Assembly (NCBI GenBank): GCA_039621445.1
Contig: CP154954.1
Location: forward strand, 17,638,589 to 17,702,588
Direction of reading: 5' to 3'
Source: Euglena gracilis
Lineage: Eukaryota
Length of the DNA stretch: 64,000 bases
Both the position numbers and the translations under genes were made by a program. The notes under the pieces were generated by a model. The model was not told the origin of the DNA. It made no database searches and saw only the letters and a program-made list of their open reading frames with translations. Each line of letters begins with the position of its first letter. Position 1 is the stretch's first letter. Below, piece after piece: positions 1 to 11,400 of the stretch.

Positions 1-1497
1 GAGAGGCGTGAAAGAAGGGCAGAGGTCAGAGGTGTTTGCAGAGTGACAGAGTGACTGAGTGCTGGATGACTCGGCTTCGTCACTCGCAAAGCACTCAAGT
101 GAGTTCCAGGTCTCTATTTTCCATGTTCCCTTGCATGGTGGAAAATAAAGGTCTTTGCTTCATGTACTCACACCTCAGTCAAAACAAGAACACCTCCTTT
201 TTGTTTTCTTTTTTTCATTGTTGCCCACGTGCTGCGTGCTTTGTTTTGAACTTTTTTGTCCTCACTGCGGTGCCTCAAGACGGATCCTGCCGGCAGACAG
301 AATTTGCACACAGCGTCATGTCCGCAAAAATCAGGGGTTATATTGCAGGGCCAGTGAGGGGTGGGGTGCCGGTAAATCTAAAAAGTGAGGTGCCTGAAAT
401 TTGAAACATGCTGCTGAACTGTTGAGAATGTCAGCCATGCCACTCTCTTTGACAATTTCCACTTTCCTGAAGTGCTTTTCAATGGCGATGTGTCTGGCAA
501 AGGGCAAGTGCTTGAAATCCCCGCATCCCCATCCCCGTATTCCACATCGGGAACCATTTTCTGAGTTGTTTCCCTTCGAAGAAATACAGGCACAATTAAA
601 CCAACTGCTACGTTCTGACGTTCCCATCACAGGCATTTTATACCATCTTACATATCGTCCATCCGTCCGTCAAAGATGAAAAGAGTTCCGCTGTCTCGCA
701 GCCTGACAAAGAAGGGTTGTTGCACCCACTTCGTCAAACATCTCATTTACATGCCTGACCAACAACAGAAAGCGACCACATATTTTGGTGAACCAACACA
801 CCTTTTTTGTGCAAAAAACCCCTGGTAATTCTGACGTCCTTCCGTCACCTGCTGGAACAATCTAATTGTTGTTCAAATGCTGTATGGGGGCGTAGGCCGT
901 ACCAAAACATGAAACATGCTTATTGAAGGCTGTCTTGGACACATAAAACCTATTCTGGAAAAGGGGGCAGAAAAAACCGGTCCACATCTTCGGCAACGGA
1001 AGGCGTGTTGTGCCAGCAGTGATCACAAATTTGAAACTAACCACCACAAAACATTTTTTTTGTACTTCCAGACCTACCCCTGTTTCTCACAGCCTTCTTT
1101 TGTTGACGCATTGGGAGTCATCCACCACAACAAACTCGATGTTTTGGACTAACTTAGGTTCAAAAATCCCTGAAAGCGACCCCTAAAACCGCCTTTTCTT
1201 CCTGTTAGTTGCACAATTGCGTACACAAGGTCCAATTTTACGCGTGAAGTGCGAAGGTGACTGCCTGAGAGTATGAGTGCATCCCTTTTCAGAGAATGCG
1301 GGCTCTGAGGCCGATGTTGAGGTTTCGACCCACCTTCTTTACCCTCTCGGTTGTAGGTTTGCTCGCCAGTTTCTGGTGTTCGTAGCCTCATAATCCATCA
1401 CCAACCCCCAAAAGAAATCTAATGTGTGTTTCAAAGTGTGCAGCGCGAACCCCGTGTCAAATGGAGTTTTATTTTTGTTGCTGTTTACGTTGCACAG

Positions 1498-1623
1498 GCG
1501 GCTGCTGCAACCCGGCACCTGTTTGGGGATGCTGCTGCTGAGGACGTGCCTGCCGTGGAGGACGTGGTGCCAGATGTCTGGGTCCCCCACTGGAAGCCGA
1601 CGTTGTCCTTTGCCCTCGTAGAG
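1498..1623 (+). CDS. CLPTM1: CLPTM1-family protein, internal exon A
   Basis: CAG acceptor 1495-1497, GT donor 1624, phase 0. Encodes AAATRHLFG...VWVPHWKPTLSFALVE, similar to the CLPTM1 'SHWHPNITINIV' block. Splices in frame to the next two exons. Confidence 0.8.
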
Positions 1624-1759
1624 GTGCCCCTTCCCTGTGCTGGAATCCCAGCCCCAGGAACAACCGGCCTCTTGCCTCAAACTTCATTTTCCTTCCATAA
1701 TTTGTGCACCTCATTCTCCATAATCAGGAATGCAATCCATGTGCACAGACACGAAATTT

Positions 1760-2003
<244 letters not shown>

Positions 2004-2413
2004 CATACCATTGCTTAGCACCTGTCCCACCTCACCCCCCGGGGCGAGGTCAGCGCCGGCCATAAATAGACAAGAAGCCTTAGTGCAACTAAGGGGGGGT
2101 GACTGACTGTTTTTTTCAGAGTGACTGACTGGTTTTTTGGCCCAGAGCCCCCCGCCCCCCGGGGGTGGGGTAGGCCCGAAAATGGAAAAAGTGGCCAGTC
2201 TGGCGCCGAAGGCGCCGGAATTTTTTTTGGATTTTTGAGACTTTTTGCCCATTTTTTGTTGCCTCCTGAAGAGTGGCCGATCCCCCGGGGGGGGGGGGGT
2301 AAAGTGACTGACTGGTTTTTTCGGAAAAAGTGACCGACTGGTTTTTTCGGAGTGGAAAGTGACCCCCCCCCGGGGGTCGCTAAGCAATGGTATGGTCGCT
2401 AAGCAATGGTATG
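2004..2413. mobile_element. MITE, hAT-like
   Basis: TIRs CATACCATTGCTTAGC...GCTAAGCAATGGTATG (3' end locally duplicated). 8-bp TSD ACACTCAC on both sides. Confidence 0.85.
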
Positions 2414-2468
2414 ACACTCACACTCAGGCATGCCCATGCACACAGTGTTCTCCCATCCTTTGTTGCAG

Positions 2469-2588
2469 GACTTCAATTTCTACCGGCCGGCTTACCTACC
2501 TCCACAACTTATGGAGTTCATCCACTTTGACTTTGAAGCTGGGCACTGGTACCCAGTTCTGTACATCAACGAGTTCTGGCAGTTGAAT
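2469..2588 (+). CDS. CLPTM1: CLPTM1-family protein, internal exon B
   Basis: CAG acceptor 2466-2468, GT donor 2589, phase 0. Encodes DFNFYRPAYLPPQLMEFIHFDFEAGHWYPVLYINEFWQLN, containing the CLPTM1 'YYPILYFNDYWNL'-type motif. Confidence 0.88.
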
Positions 2589-2627
2589 GTGTGTTTTGAA
2601 TTTGTGCAATTGAATGTTTGTCATGTC

Positions 2628-2909
2628 CAGGTTTTTTTTTTTTTTTTCTTGGACACCGGGGGGGGGTAGGGTGGGTGTGTCCGGCCGAGGCCCCCCCTTA
2701 GTTGCACTAAGGCTTCTTGTCTGTTTATGGCCGGCGCTAACTTCGCTTCTGGCCCAGCTTGCTCTGTGGTGAGTGGCCGACCCCCCCCCCCCCCCCCCCC
2801 GGGGCCCCCCCGGGGGGGGGGGATATCCTTTTTGAAAATACGCCATTTTTAGCATTCTTCGCTTTTTTGGTCATTTTCGGGGAAACGTGGGTGGGTCCCC
2901 CGGGACACC

Positions 2910-2948
<39 letters not shown>

Positions 2949-2974
2949 GACCCCCGGTCTTAAAGAAACCCCTG
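2628..2974. mobile_element. MITE, hAT-like
   Basis: CAGG...CCTG termini and 8-bp TSD GTCATGTC on both sides. G/C homopolymer-rich interior. Confidence 0.85.
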
Positions 2975-3864
2975 GTCATGTCTGAATGCGTTGAGTTTGC
3001 CTGCCTCTAACTCCAGAGACAGTCGAAACCTGCGCCCCCTAATAAAAGCATGCTGTTAGAAGCGCAGGGTCCAAAAAAGCGCACCCCCTGCTTCAATTGG
3101 GGGGGGTTATGATGCTTCGTTTGCTCCACAACTGCCATAATTGCGACATGTTCCATATGGCGGTATCACTTTGGTACCATAAAATTTTTGTAGTGCACAC
3201 AGCAAAATCAGTAAGCTGTTTCTGGGAAAGTGAGTCGTCAGGGAGGGTGTGATGAGAGAGATCGGAAGGTTTGTTGTTTGACGTCACTGGCTGAGGGTCT
3301 GCAAAAAAAATAGTTTAGCATCGTGTCTTTGGTGCTGGCTCTTGGCGAATTGTTAATTTTTTTTCGCGAGCCTGGAGTAAAGACAGGGTTCGGCCTTTAA
3401 CCCTCCCAAAATTATCCCCTTTCAAGGCATTTGGCTTTGCAGCTTGTTGGTCCCCCGGCCCGTTGGGGCCAACAGGGCCTGCACAGTAAGTTGGCGGGGG
3501 ATTAAGAATTCGGAGTGAGTGGTTGAGAAGTAATTAATGGCCACAATGTGTAAAAATTGTATTTTGTGTAATGTGCAATGTGTATATTGATTTGTTTCCA
3601 TTATTGGCGGCCGCCTCTGGCAAACCCTGCCACCACGCCTTTCAGAAAAGCGGGGACGGCTGTTCTAGCTGTACTGTTCTGTTTCCAAAACCATATTGGG
3701 CTCCCAGGTGGGGGTTGGACCCCCCCCCCACCGGGCCCTCCCGGACAGCCCTGGGTTAGCCTCAAGTCAGACAGTCCTGTCTGCCACTTGGGGATGTCCC
3801 CGCTTCGTGCTGGCCCTCCCCTGCAGCGTTTCCGGCCTGGCTAGGCCTTTCTTTCCCCCGGCAG

Positions 3865-3960
3865 GAGCACCTCGTGGAGGTCAACGCCAGCCTGCTGGGC
3901 CAGCTGCTGCCGCTCAACATTTCGTACGACCCCCTCGGCCTGGTGAAGTGGCAGATGCTG
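3865..3960 (+). CDS. CLPTM1: CLPTM1-family protein, internal exon C
   Basis: Pyrimidine tract plus CAG acceptor, GT donor 3961, phase 0. Encodes EHLVEVNASLLGQLLPLNISYDPLGLVKWQML, matching the CLPTM1 'LPLxISxxPLSLWRWQL' block. Confidence 0.85.
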
Positions 3961-4415
3961 GTGGCCCTGGGGCCGACCCGGCCCTGCCGGGGGTGGCGGA
4001 GGTGCGGGGCCGAATGGGAATCCCCGACCCCCCCTTCGGACCCCCACGATCCCCCCCCCCACCTCCCAGGCCAACCCCCAATCAAGCCTTCCCGGACAGC
4101 TGCGGGGGTGGGGAGGGGAAACCAAGTCCTCGACCGTTCAGCGGTGGCCATCGCTGTAGGTTCTTCCTGCGGGGTCCTCACAGACTTGTTGGAACGGCTT
4201 TGAACCCCCCCACCCACCCCACCCAGACACTGCACACTGCACCCTCGTTCAGCCTTTTCCACTTCGGAGGGCTCAATTTCAACGGGAGAGCCCCCGGCTG
4301 CTTCTATGGCTTGGATGATGCTGTTGATAAACGGTGTGACAAAGGAGCTGTGAGTGGGCAGTCCAAGGCCGTCCAGTTGATGAGTTTTATCTCACTGTTT
4401 GTCAACGGCGCAAGC

Positions 4416-6130
4416 TGATGGGCGCAAATGCGCGCATCAAACACAAAACATGTTTATGTGCGCATTTGTGCAAATGCGCGCATCAAAAGTCTTTTGTGTT
4501 TGATGCGCGCATTTGCGCCCATAAACTCAAAGAAGAAAGGTGTGATGTAAACACAGCAGTCAAACAGCGACAGCTGAAGTGGTTTATTTGCGCATTTGCG
4601 CACGCATCACGTTGTTTGTGGGCGCAAATGCGCAAATAACACAGATGTAAATTGTTCAGTTTACATCTGTTTTATTCGCCCATTTGCGCCCCTAAACAAC
4701 GTGATGCGCGCAAATGCGCAAATAAACCACTAATGAAGGAGTAGAAAACGATTGCATTTGCCTCTCCTGTAACTACCCTTAGTGGCTTCTGAATGGGTTC
4801 AACCCAAACGACCACACCGTCCCCTCCGGCATATGGTGTTATTGTGCCGTTTTTGGACCATTGACAGGTCCGGCAAAAGATGGAGACATAGCATCTTTTG
4901 AAGGTGGGTGCACAGCCACCCAGTAACGGTGCACCTCCACCGGCACCAATTTTTGGGTCCCAAGGGCCCTGCAGCTGACCTGTGGCTTCGGCTCCGCTGC
5001 TGCAGCCCCATCAGCTGCTGATGCTTCAGCACCCAACAGGCCGGCATTGACCTCCCCGGTGCAACGACACCCACCACAGCGGCCACGTTATACCCCGCAA
5101 CCGGGGTGTAAGACTGGGGGGACGACGTGGTGCCAGTGCATGGCAACCAGCAGCCGAAGAGAGGTGGCCCTCAAACACCCGTTACTTTGGGTACAAGGAA
5201 GTGTTGAAGCTTTACCCCTGGATTGGACGCATCAAAGCGGTGGGACCCACTCCCCCAAATTATGCAGAAAAACCGGCGTTTTTTACATATTTCAAGGGAG
5301 AAATGGCAAAGAAAACCGTAAAACGGACTCTGGCCGGACACATCCCGGGTGTTTCAGGTGCCAAATTTTGTCTTCCTGTGACGCAGTCCTGTTGCACAAA
5401 AGGTGTCAAACAGTCACCGGTCGTTTGCACGTCATCAATTCATTACGTTTAACTGCCAAACACATGACGTCAAAACAACAGGCCGTTCGGGCCGGGGAAC
5501 AGCAGTGCACATGTACACACCCAAGGCAGGCAAGTTTTGGCCAGTCACATGCCGTGTTCCAGTGAACACTCCACACTGCCTCTCACCACCAATTTCATCG
5601 CCACGTAACCTTGGAGCAAATCAATGGTTGGCGTGAGGAATTGTGTTCGCCAGCCGTCACGAAGCAGCAGATGGTATCCCACAACTGATGTGTTTTGATG
5701 CGCGCATTTGCGCAAATCAACAAACTTTGTTTGTGTGCTCTAAGGGCCCTACAAACACATTATTTTGAAGCGGTTTATTAACATGTTAATGCGCGCATTT
5801 GCGCAAATGCGCGCATCAACAAAATTATGTTTATTTGCGCAATTGCGCGCATCAACACGTCCACCACGGTTTTAAACCTTCTAAGTCATGGTCCTCATTG
5901 GTGTCTTTTAACATGGAAGGTAAACGTACGTGTTTATGGGCGCAAATGCGCGCATCAACAAATTTGTTTATGCGCGCATTTGCGCAAATGCGCACACCAC
6001 CAAACGTGTTGGTGCGCGCACTGGCGCCCATAAACAGGTCATTTTATCATCAACAGTTTACGTTTTATTTGCGCAAATGCGCCCATCAAACACAATTGTT
6101 TTTATTTGCGCAATTGCGCGCATAAACACA
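4416..6130. repeat. clusters of TTTGCGCAAATGCGCGCAT-type palindromic motifs, probable subterminal repeats of a degenerate DNA transposon
   Basis: Dense motif clusters at ~4416-4725 and ~5695-6125 bracket a non-coding core. No clear TIR or TSD found. Confidence 0.5.
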
Positions 6131-6805
6131 CATCAGTTGCGTGGCGGCTGCCTCACGTAGTCTGTGTGTCTGTGGTGGCGTTATCTAGTAAGACTCAGTT
6201 CTCACCGGTGGCGGCAGTGTCCAAGCCAGTTCAGCCAGCAGTTGAGCACCGTTTCCAAGTGTCATCACAAGGGGTGTGTGCCTCTCTCCCGTTTGATGTA
6301 CAACAGCACAAGTCTCACCCCCAGCCCTATTAACGTCACCCGGTAAGCAGCATGCACACCAGACCACTGGGAGTTAATCCCCTCCAGTGGAGGGGTGTCA
6401 TAGCTCATAAATCGTGTTCCGGCTGTCAGGGTACAGGGTCCCAGGGGTTACAAAAAAATCGTGGATTTGCGCAATTGCGCAAATCAAAAGGAAAAAAGCT
6501 TAAGTGCGAATTAGGCCGCCTAAGATCCACACCCACAAACACTGTGTGGTTGTGGGTTGGTGTGGGGGGGAGGGGTTGGCAGCCTTAATATCCTCCAGCA
6601 CGCCAATCCGATGGTGCTGCTGACCGGAAAATGGGGCGAGATTGTGACGTGGATGTTTACAGGAATGCAGAACAGCAATGGTGTCAACAAAGGGTGTCTA
6701 CACGGGCCAAACTGGGTTTGGAGGGAGCCCAACCTGGGACGAAGGGTTGGGGGATGGGCAGTTGCTGAATTGGTGTTGGCAGGGGCGGACGGATGGTGTC
6801 CTCCT

Positions 6806-6881
6806 GGCAGCGGTGATGACCCCCAAGTCCCCAGAGTCATCGCATGATGGATGGTCAAACCTCAGAGAAGTCTGAGCTGCC
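6806..6881 (+). ncRNA. box C/D snoRNA-like gene 1 (first of ~23 copies)
   Basis: Terminal stem GGCAGC/GCTGCC. Box C GTGATGA 6813-6819, D' CAGA 6832-6835, C' ATGATGG 6844-6850, box D CTGA 6872-6875 directly followed by the stem. Canonical k-turn geometry, ~76 nt. Confidence 0.82.
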
Positions 6882-6949
6882 CCCTGGAGGATTGTTCCCG
6901 GTTGGGTGGGGTGTGGGCTGGGCCGGGGTCGGCATTGGTTTCGCTTTTA

Positions 6950-7003
6950 GCGCACACGAAATCGCACAGCACAACAGGTGCGCACGCACACGGGCTCAGA
7001 GAC
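6950..7003 (+). ncRNA. single-hairpin AGA-box guide candidate 2 (one per unit)
   Basis: Lower stem GCGCAC/GGGCGC (perfect GTGCGC in several copies, e.g. ~12393), pocket ACGAAAT // CACGCACAC, upper stem CGCAC/GTGCG. AGA lies 15 nt from the pocket top. Target not recognised. Confidence 0.4.
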
Positions 7004-7064
7004 GCAGACCCAGACCCAGGCGGGAAGGGGGGTTGGGGAGGAGGTGTGGTAACCAACCCGCATG

Positions 7065-7141
7065 GGGGCTCGATGATGCCAACCCACAAGTCTTCTGCTC
7101 TGTGATGCACATCTCAACTTGGTCGATGCTACTGAGGCCCC
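7065..7141 (+). ncRNA. box C/D snoRNA-like gene 2 (first of ~22 copies)
   Basis: Terminal stem GGGGCT/GGCCCC. Box C ATGATGC 7073-7079, internal CTGC...GTGATGC as D'/C' (one copy near 18764 has CTGA), box D CTGA 7132-7135. ~77 nt. Confidence 0.75.
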
Positions 7142-7434
7142 TGGAACACCTGTTTGGTCGTGTTCCCGCACGACAGGTGATTTTTTTTTCAAGGCTGATT
7201 GGGGCCCATCCTTTTCTGTTACAGCCTGCGCATTGGACGGGTGACGTTGCTGGCTGGAAAATGGGGGTTGAGAGGGCTGGCCGTGGGGTGTGGCTGCGTG
7301 GAATGGCGGCTGTTTTGGCCGCAGTCACTCCAGCGAGCAGGAGGCAGGGCCATGGGTGGTTGGCTCACCACCAACTGCGTGTTGGTGGTGAGATTTTTTC
7401 ACACAAAAAAAAGCATATTCATCCACACCCACAA

Positions 7435-8351
7435 CAGGGATCCTCATACGTCCTGAAAAGGAAATTCACGGAAATTCACGGAGGATCACGGAAATGGGCA
7501 GAAGACCATTTTCACGGAAATCACGGAAATTCACGGATGAGGCGGAGGGTTCGGAAAATTTTTCGCTCTTTTTGGAATGTGCTTTTTTTGTGCAGATGCA
7601 TTTTTGATGGGATGTTCTGCACATTCTCTGCCTTTCCAAACAGACAATCGCGCAAGCAAAACCTCATTCAGACAATCACAGATGATTTTGTGGCCGCTTT
7701 CCTCCATTCTGGTCTCCCGGTCACAAAACTGGACCACAAAAGCATCAGAGGTGTTCTCCAGAAATACACACAAATTGAGGGTGTGTGGGTTTTTTGCTTA
7801 TTCGGAAAATGACCTCCCACCTTTCCGCCCAGGCTGCATCCAGAAGGGTCAATCGCTACATCGGTCCGCTGACAGGGTTTTGGCAACCCATTTTGGGACA
7901 ATCAAGAAAAAAAATTCAATTTTTCCCAAATTTTTTTCTCAGTTTTTCAAAACAAAAATCAATTTTTCCCCCTCCTGTACGTTTTTTATTTTCATATCCA
8001 GGTGTGGACAGGAACTGATGAATGTATTAAGAGTTCGGGGCATGCGATCATAAACATTTTGTTGGGTATGCGGGAAGGTCTACGTTGTAGCATGCGTTCA
8101 GTTGGGTTGCAAAGGGCCAAACTTGGGTCGGAATTGGCTTCAGCTGTCCTGGAGCCCTGGAGGATCTCCAGGACTATAATTTGGAGAAACAATCTTTGCT
8201 GCCACAACTGCCCAAATATGGCTCCGGTGCAGAATGGAATGTGGCTCTTGACCTTTTCTGGAAACAGGAAATTCACGGAAAATCACGGAAAATCACGGAA
8301 AATCACGGATACATTTTGGCCTCGGCCAGCACGGACATGTGAGGATCCCTG
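7435..8351 (+). mobile_element. non-autonomous hAT element with transposase remnant, inserted in array unit
   Basis: TIR CAGGGATCCTCA...TGAGGATCCCTG. TSD CCCACAA (7 bp as assembled, probably 8). Subterminal CACGGAAA repeats. The peptide ITDDFVAAFLHSGLPVTKLDHKSIRGVLQKY (~7670-7770) resembles hAT/CGGBP1-type transposase segments. Confidence 0.85.
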
Positions 8352-8401
8352 CCCACAAACACTGTGTGGTTGTGGGTTGGTGTGGGGGGGGGGGGGTGGC
8401 A

Positions 8402-8464
8402 GCCTTAATATCCTCCAGCACGCCAATCCGATGGTGCTGCTGGCCGGAAAATGGGGCGAGATTG
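8402..8464 (+). ncRNA. single-hairpin AGA-box (H/ACA-like) pseudouridylation guide candidate 1 (consensus copy; one per unit, first at 6582-6644)
   Basis: Lower stem GCCTTA/TGGGGC, pocket ATATCCT // CCGGAAAA, upper stem CCAGCA/TGCTGG, then G-AGA-NNN. AGA lies 15 nt from the top of the pocket. Confidence 0.68.
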
Positions 8465-11400
8465 TGACGTGGATGTTTACAGGAATGCAGAAGAGCAATG
8501 GTGTCAACAAAGGGTGTCTACACGGGCCAAACTGGGTTTGGAGGGAGCCCAACCTGGGACGAAGGGTTGGGGGATGGGCAGTTGCTGAATTGGTGTTGGC
8601 GGGGGCGGACGGATGGTGTCCTCCTGGCAGCGGTGATGACCCCCAAGTCCCCAGAGTCATCGCATGATGGATGGTCAAACCTCAGAGAAGTCTGAGCTGC
8701 CCCCTGGAGGATTGTTCCCGGTTGGGTGGGGTGTGGGCTGGGCCGGGGTCGGCATTGGTTTCGCTTTTAGCGCACGCAAAATCGCACAGCACAACAGGTG
8801 CGCACGCACACGGGCGCAGAGACACAGACCCAGACCCAGGCGGGAAGGGGGGTTGGGGAGGAGGTGTGGTAACCAACCCGCATGGGGGCTCGATGATGCC
8901 AACCCACAAGTCTTCTGCTCTGTGATGCACATCTCAACTTGGTCGATGCTACTGAGGCCCCTGGAACACCTGTTTGGTCGTGTTCCCGCACGACAGGTGA
9001 TTTTTTTTTTCAAGGCTGATTGGGGCCCATCCTTTTCTGTTACAGCCTGCGCATTGGACGGGTGACGTTGCTGGCTGGAAAATGGGGGTTGAGAGGGCTG
9101 GCCGCGGGGTGTGGCTGCGTGGAATGGCGGCTGTTTTGGCCGCAGTCACTCCAGCGAGCAGGAGGCAGGGCCATGGGTGGTTGGCTCACCACCAACTGCG
9201 TGTTGGTGGTGAGATTTTTTCACGCAAAAAAAGCATATTCATCCACACCCACAAACACTGTGTGGTTGTGGGTTGGTGTGGGGGGGGGGGGGGTGGCAGC
9301 CTTAATATCCTCCAGCACGCCAATCCGATGGTGCTGCTGGCCGGAAAATGGGGCGAGATTGTGACGTGGATGTTTACAGGAATGCAGAACAGCAATGGTG
9401 TCAACAAAGGGTGTCTACACGGGCCAAACTGGGTTTGGAGGGAGCCCAACCTGGGACGAAGAGTTGGGGGACGGGCAGTTGCTGAAGAGGTGTTGGCGGG
9501 GGCGGACGGATGGTGTCCTCCTGGCAGCGGTGATGACCCCCAAGTCCCCAGAGTCATCGCATGATGGATGGTCAAACCTCAGAGAAGTCTGAGCTGCCCC
9601 CTGGAAGATTGTTCCCGGTTGGGCGGGGTGTGGGCTGGGCCGGGGTCGGCATTGGTTTCGCTTTTAGCGCAAACCAAATCGCACAGCACAACAGGTGCGC
9701 ACGCACACGGGCGCAGAGACACAGACCCAGACCCAGGCGGGAAGGGGGGTTGGGGAGGAGGTGTGGTGACCAACCCGCATGGGGGCTCGATGATGCCAAC
9801 CCACAAGTCTTCTGCTCTGTGATGCACATCTCAACTTGGTCGATGCTACTGAGGCCCCTGGAACACCTGTTTGGTCGTGTTCCTGCACGACAGGTGATTT
9901 TTCTTTTCAAGGCTGATTGGGGCCCATCCTTTTCTGTTACAGCCTGCGCATTGGACGGGTGACGTTGCTGGCTGGAAAATGGGGGTTGAGAGGGCTGGCC
10001 GCGGGGTGTGGCTGCGTGGAATGGCGGCTGTTTTGGCCGCAGTCACTCCAGCGAGCAGGAGGCAGGGCCATGGGTGGTTGGCTCACCACCAACTGCGTGT
10101 TGGTGGTGAGATTTTTTCACGCAAAAAAAAGCATATTCATCCACACCCACAAACACTGTGTGGTTGTGGGTTGGTGTGGGGGGGGGTGGCAGCCTTAATA
10201 TCCTCCAGCACGCCAATCCGATGGTGCTGCTGGCCGGAAAATGGGGCGAGATTGTGACGTGGATGTTTACAGGAATGCAGAACAGCAATGGTGTCAACAA
10301 AGGGTGTCTACACGGGCCAAACTGGGTTTGGAGGGAGCCCAACCTGGGACGAAGGGTTGGGGGACGGGCAGTTGCTGAAGAGGTGTTGGCGGGGGCGGAC
10401 GGATGGTGTCCTCCTGGCAGCGGTGATGACCCCCAAGTCCCCAGAGTCATCGCATGATGGATGGTTAAACCTCAGAGAAGTCTGAGCTGCCCCCTGGAGG
10501 ATTGTTCCCGGTTGGGCGGGGTGTGGGCTGGGCCGGGGTCGGCATTGGTTTCGCTTTTAGCGCACACGAAATCGCACAGCACAACAGGTGCGCACGCACA
10601 CGGGCGCAGAGACACAGACCCAGACCCAGGCGGGAAGGGGGGTTGGGGAGGAGGTGTGGTGACCAACCCGCATGGGGGCTCGATGATGCCAACCCACAAG
10701 TCTTCTGCTCTGCGATGCACATCTCAACTTGGTCGATGCTACTGAGGCCCCTGGAACACCTGTTTGGTCGTGTTCCTGCACGACAGGTGATTTTTCTTTT
10801 CAAGGCTGATTGGGGCCCATCCTTTTCTGTTACAGCCTGCGCATTGGACGGGTGACGTTGCTGGCTGGAAAATGGGGGTTGAGAGGGCTGGCCGCGGGGT
10901 GTGGCTGCGTGGAATGGCGGCTGTTTTGGCCGCAGTCACTCCAGCGAGCAGGAGGCAGGGCCATGGGTGGTTGGCTCACCACCAACTGCGTGTTGGTGGT
11001 GAGATTTTTTCACGCAAAAAAAGCATATTCATCCACACCCACAAACACTGTGTGGTTGTGGGTTGGTGTGGGGGGGAGGGGTTGGCAGCCTTAATATCCT
11101 CCAGCACGCCAATCCGATGGTGCTGCTGGCCGGAAAATGGGGCGAGATTGTGACGTGGATGTTTACAGGAATGCAGAACAGCAATGGTGTCAACAAAGGG
11201 TGTCTACACGGGCCAAACTGGGTTTGGAGGGAGCCCAACCTGGGACGAAGGGTTGGGGGACGGGCAGTTGCTGAAGAGGTGTTGGCGGGGGCGGACGGAT
11301 GGTGTCCTCCTGGCAGCGGTGATGACCCCCAAGTCCCCAGAGTCATCGCATGATGGATGGTTAAACCTCAGAGAAGTCTGAGCTGCCCCCTGGAGGATTG

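Noticed and set aside
261-1150. Possible upstream CLPTM1 exon or transposase remnant
   Set aside because: No convincing splice sites or homology visible by eye.
4130-4415. Possible further CLPTM1 exon or minus-strand exon
   Set aside because: No translation matches the expected CLPTM1 continuation or any family I recognise.
7200-7276. Possible third AGA-box hairpin (CAGCC/GGCTG stem, AGA 14 nt downstream)
   Set aside because: The lower stem and pocket are ambiguous and no target was recognised, so it is too weak to call.
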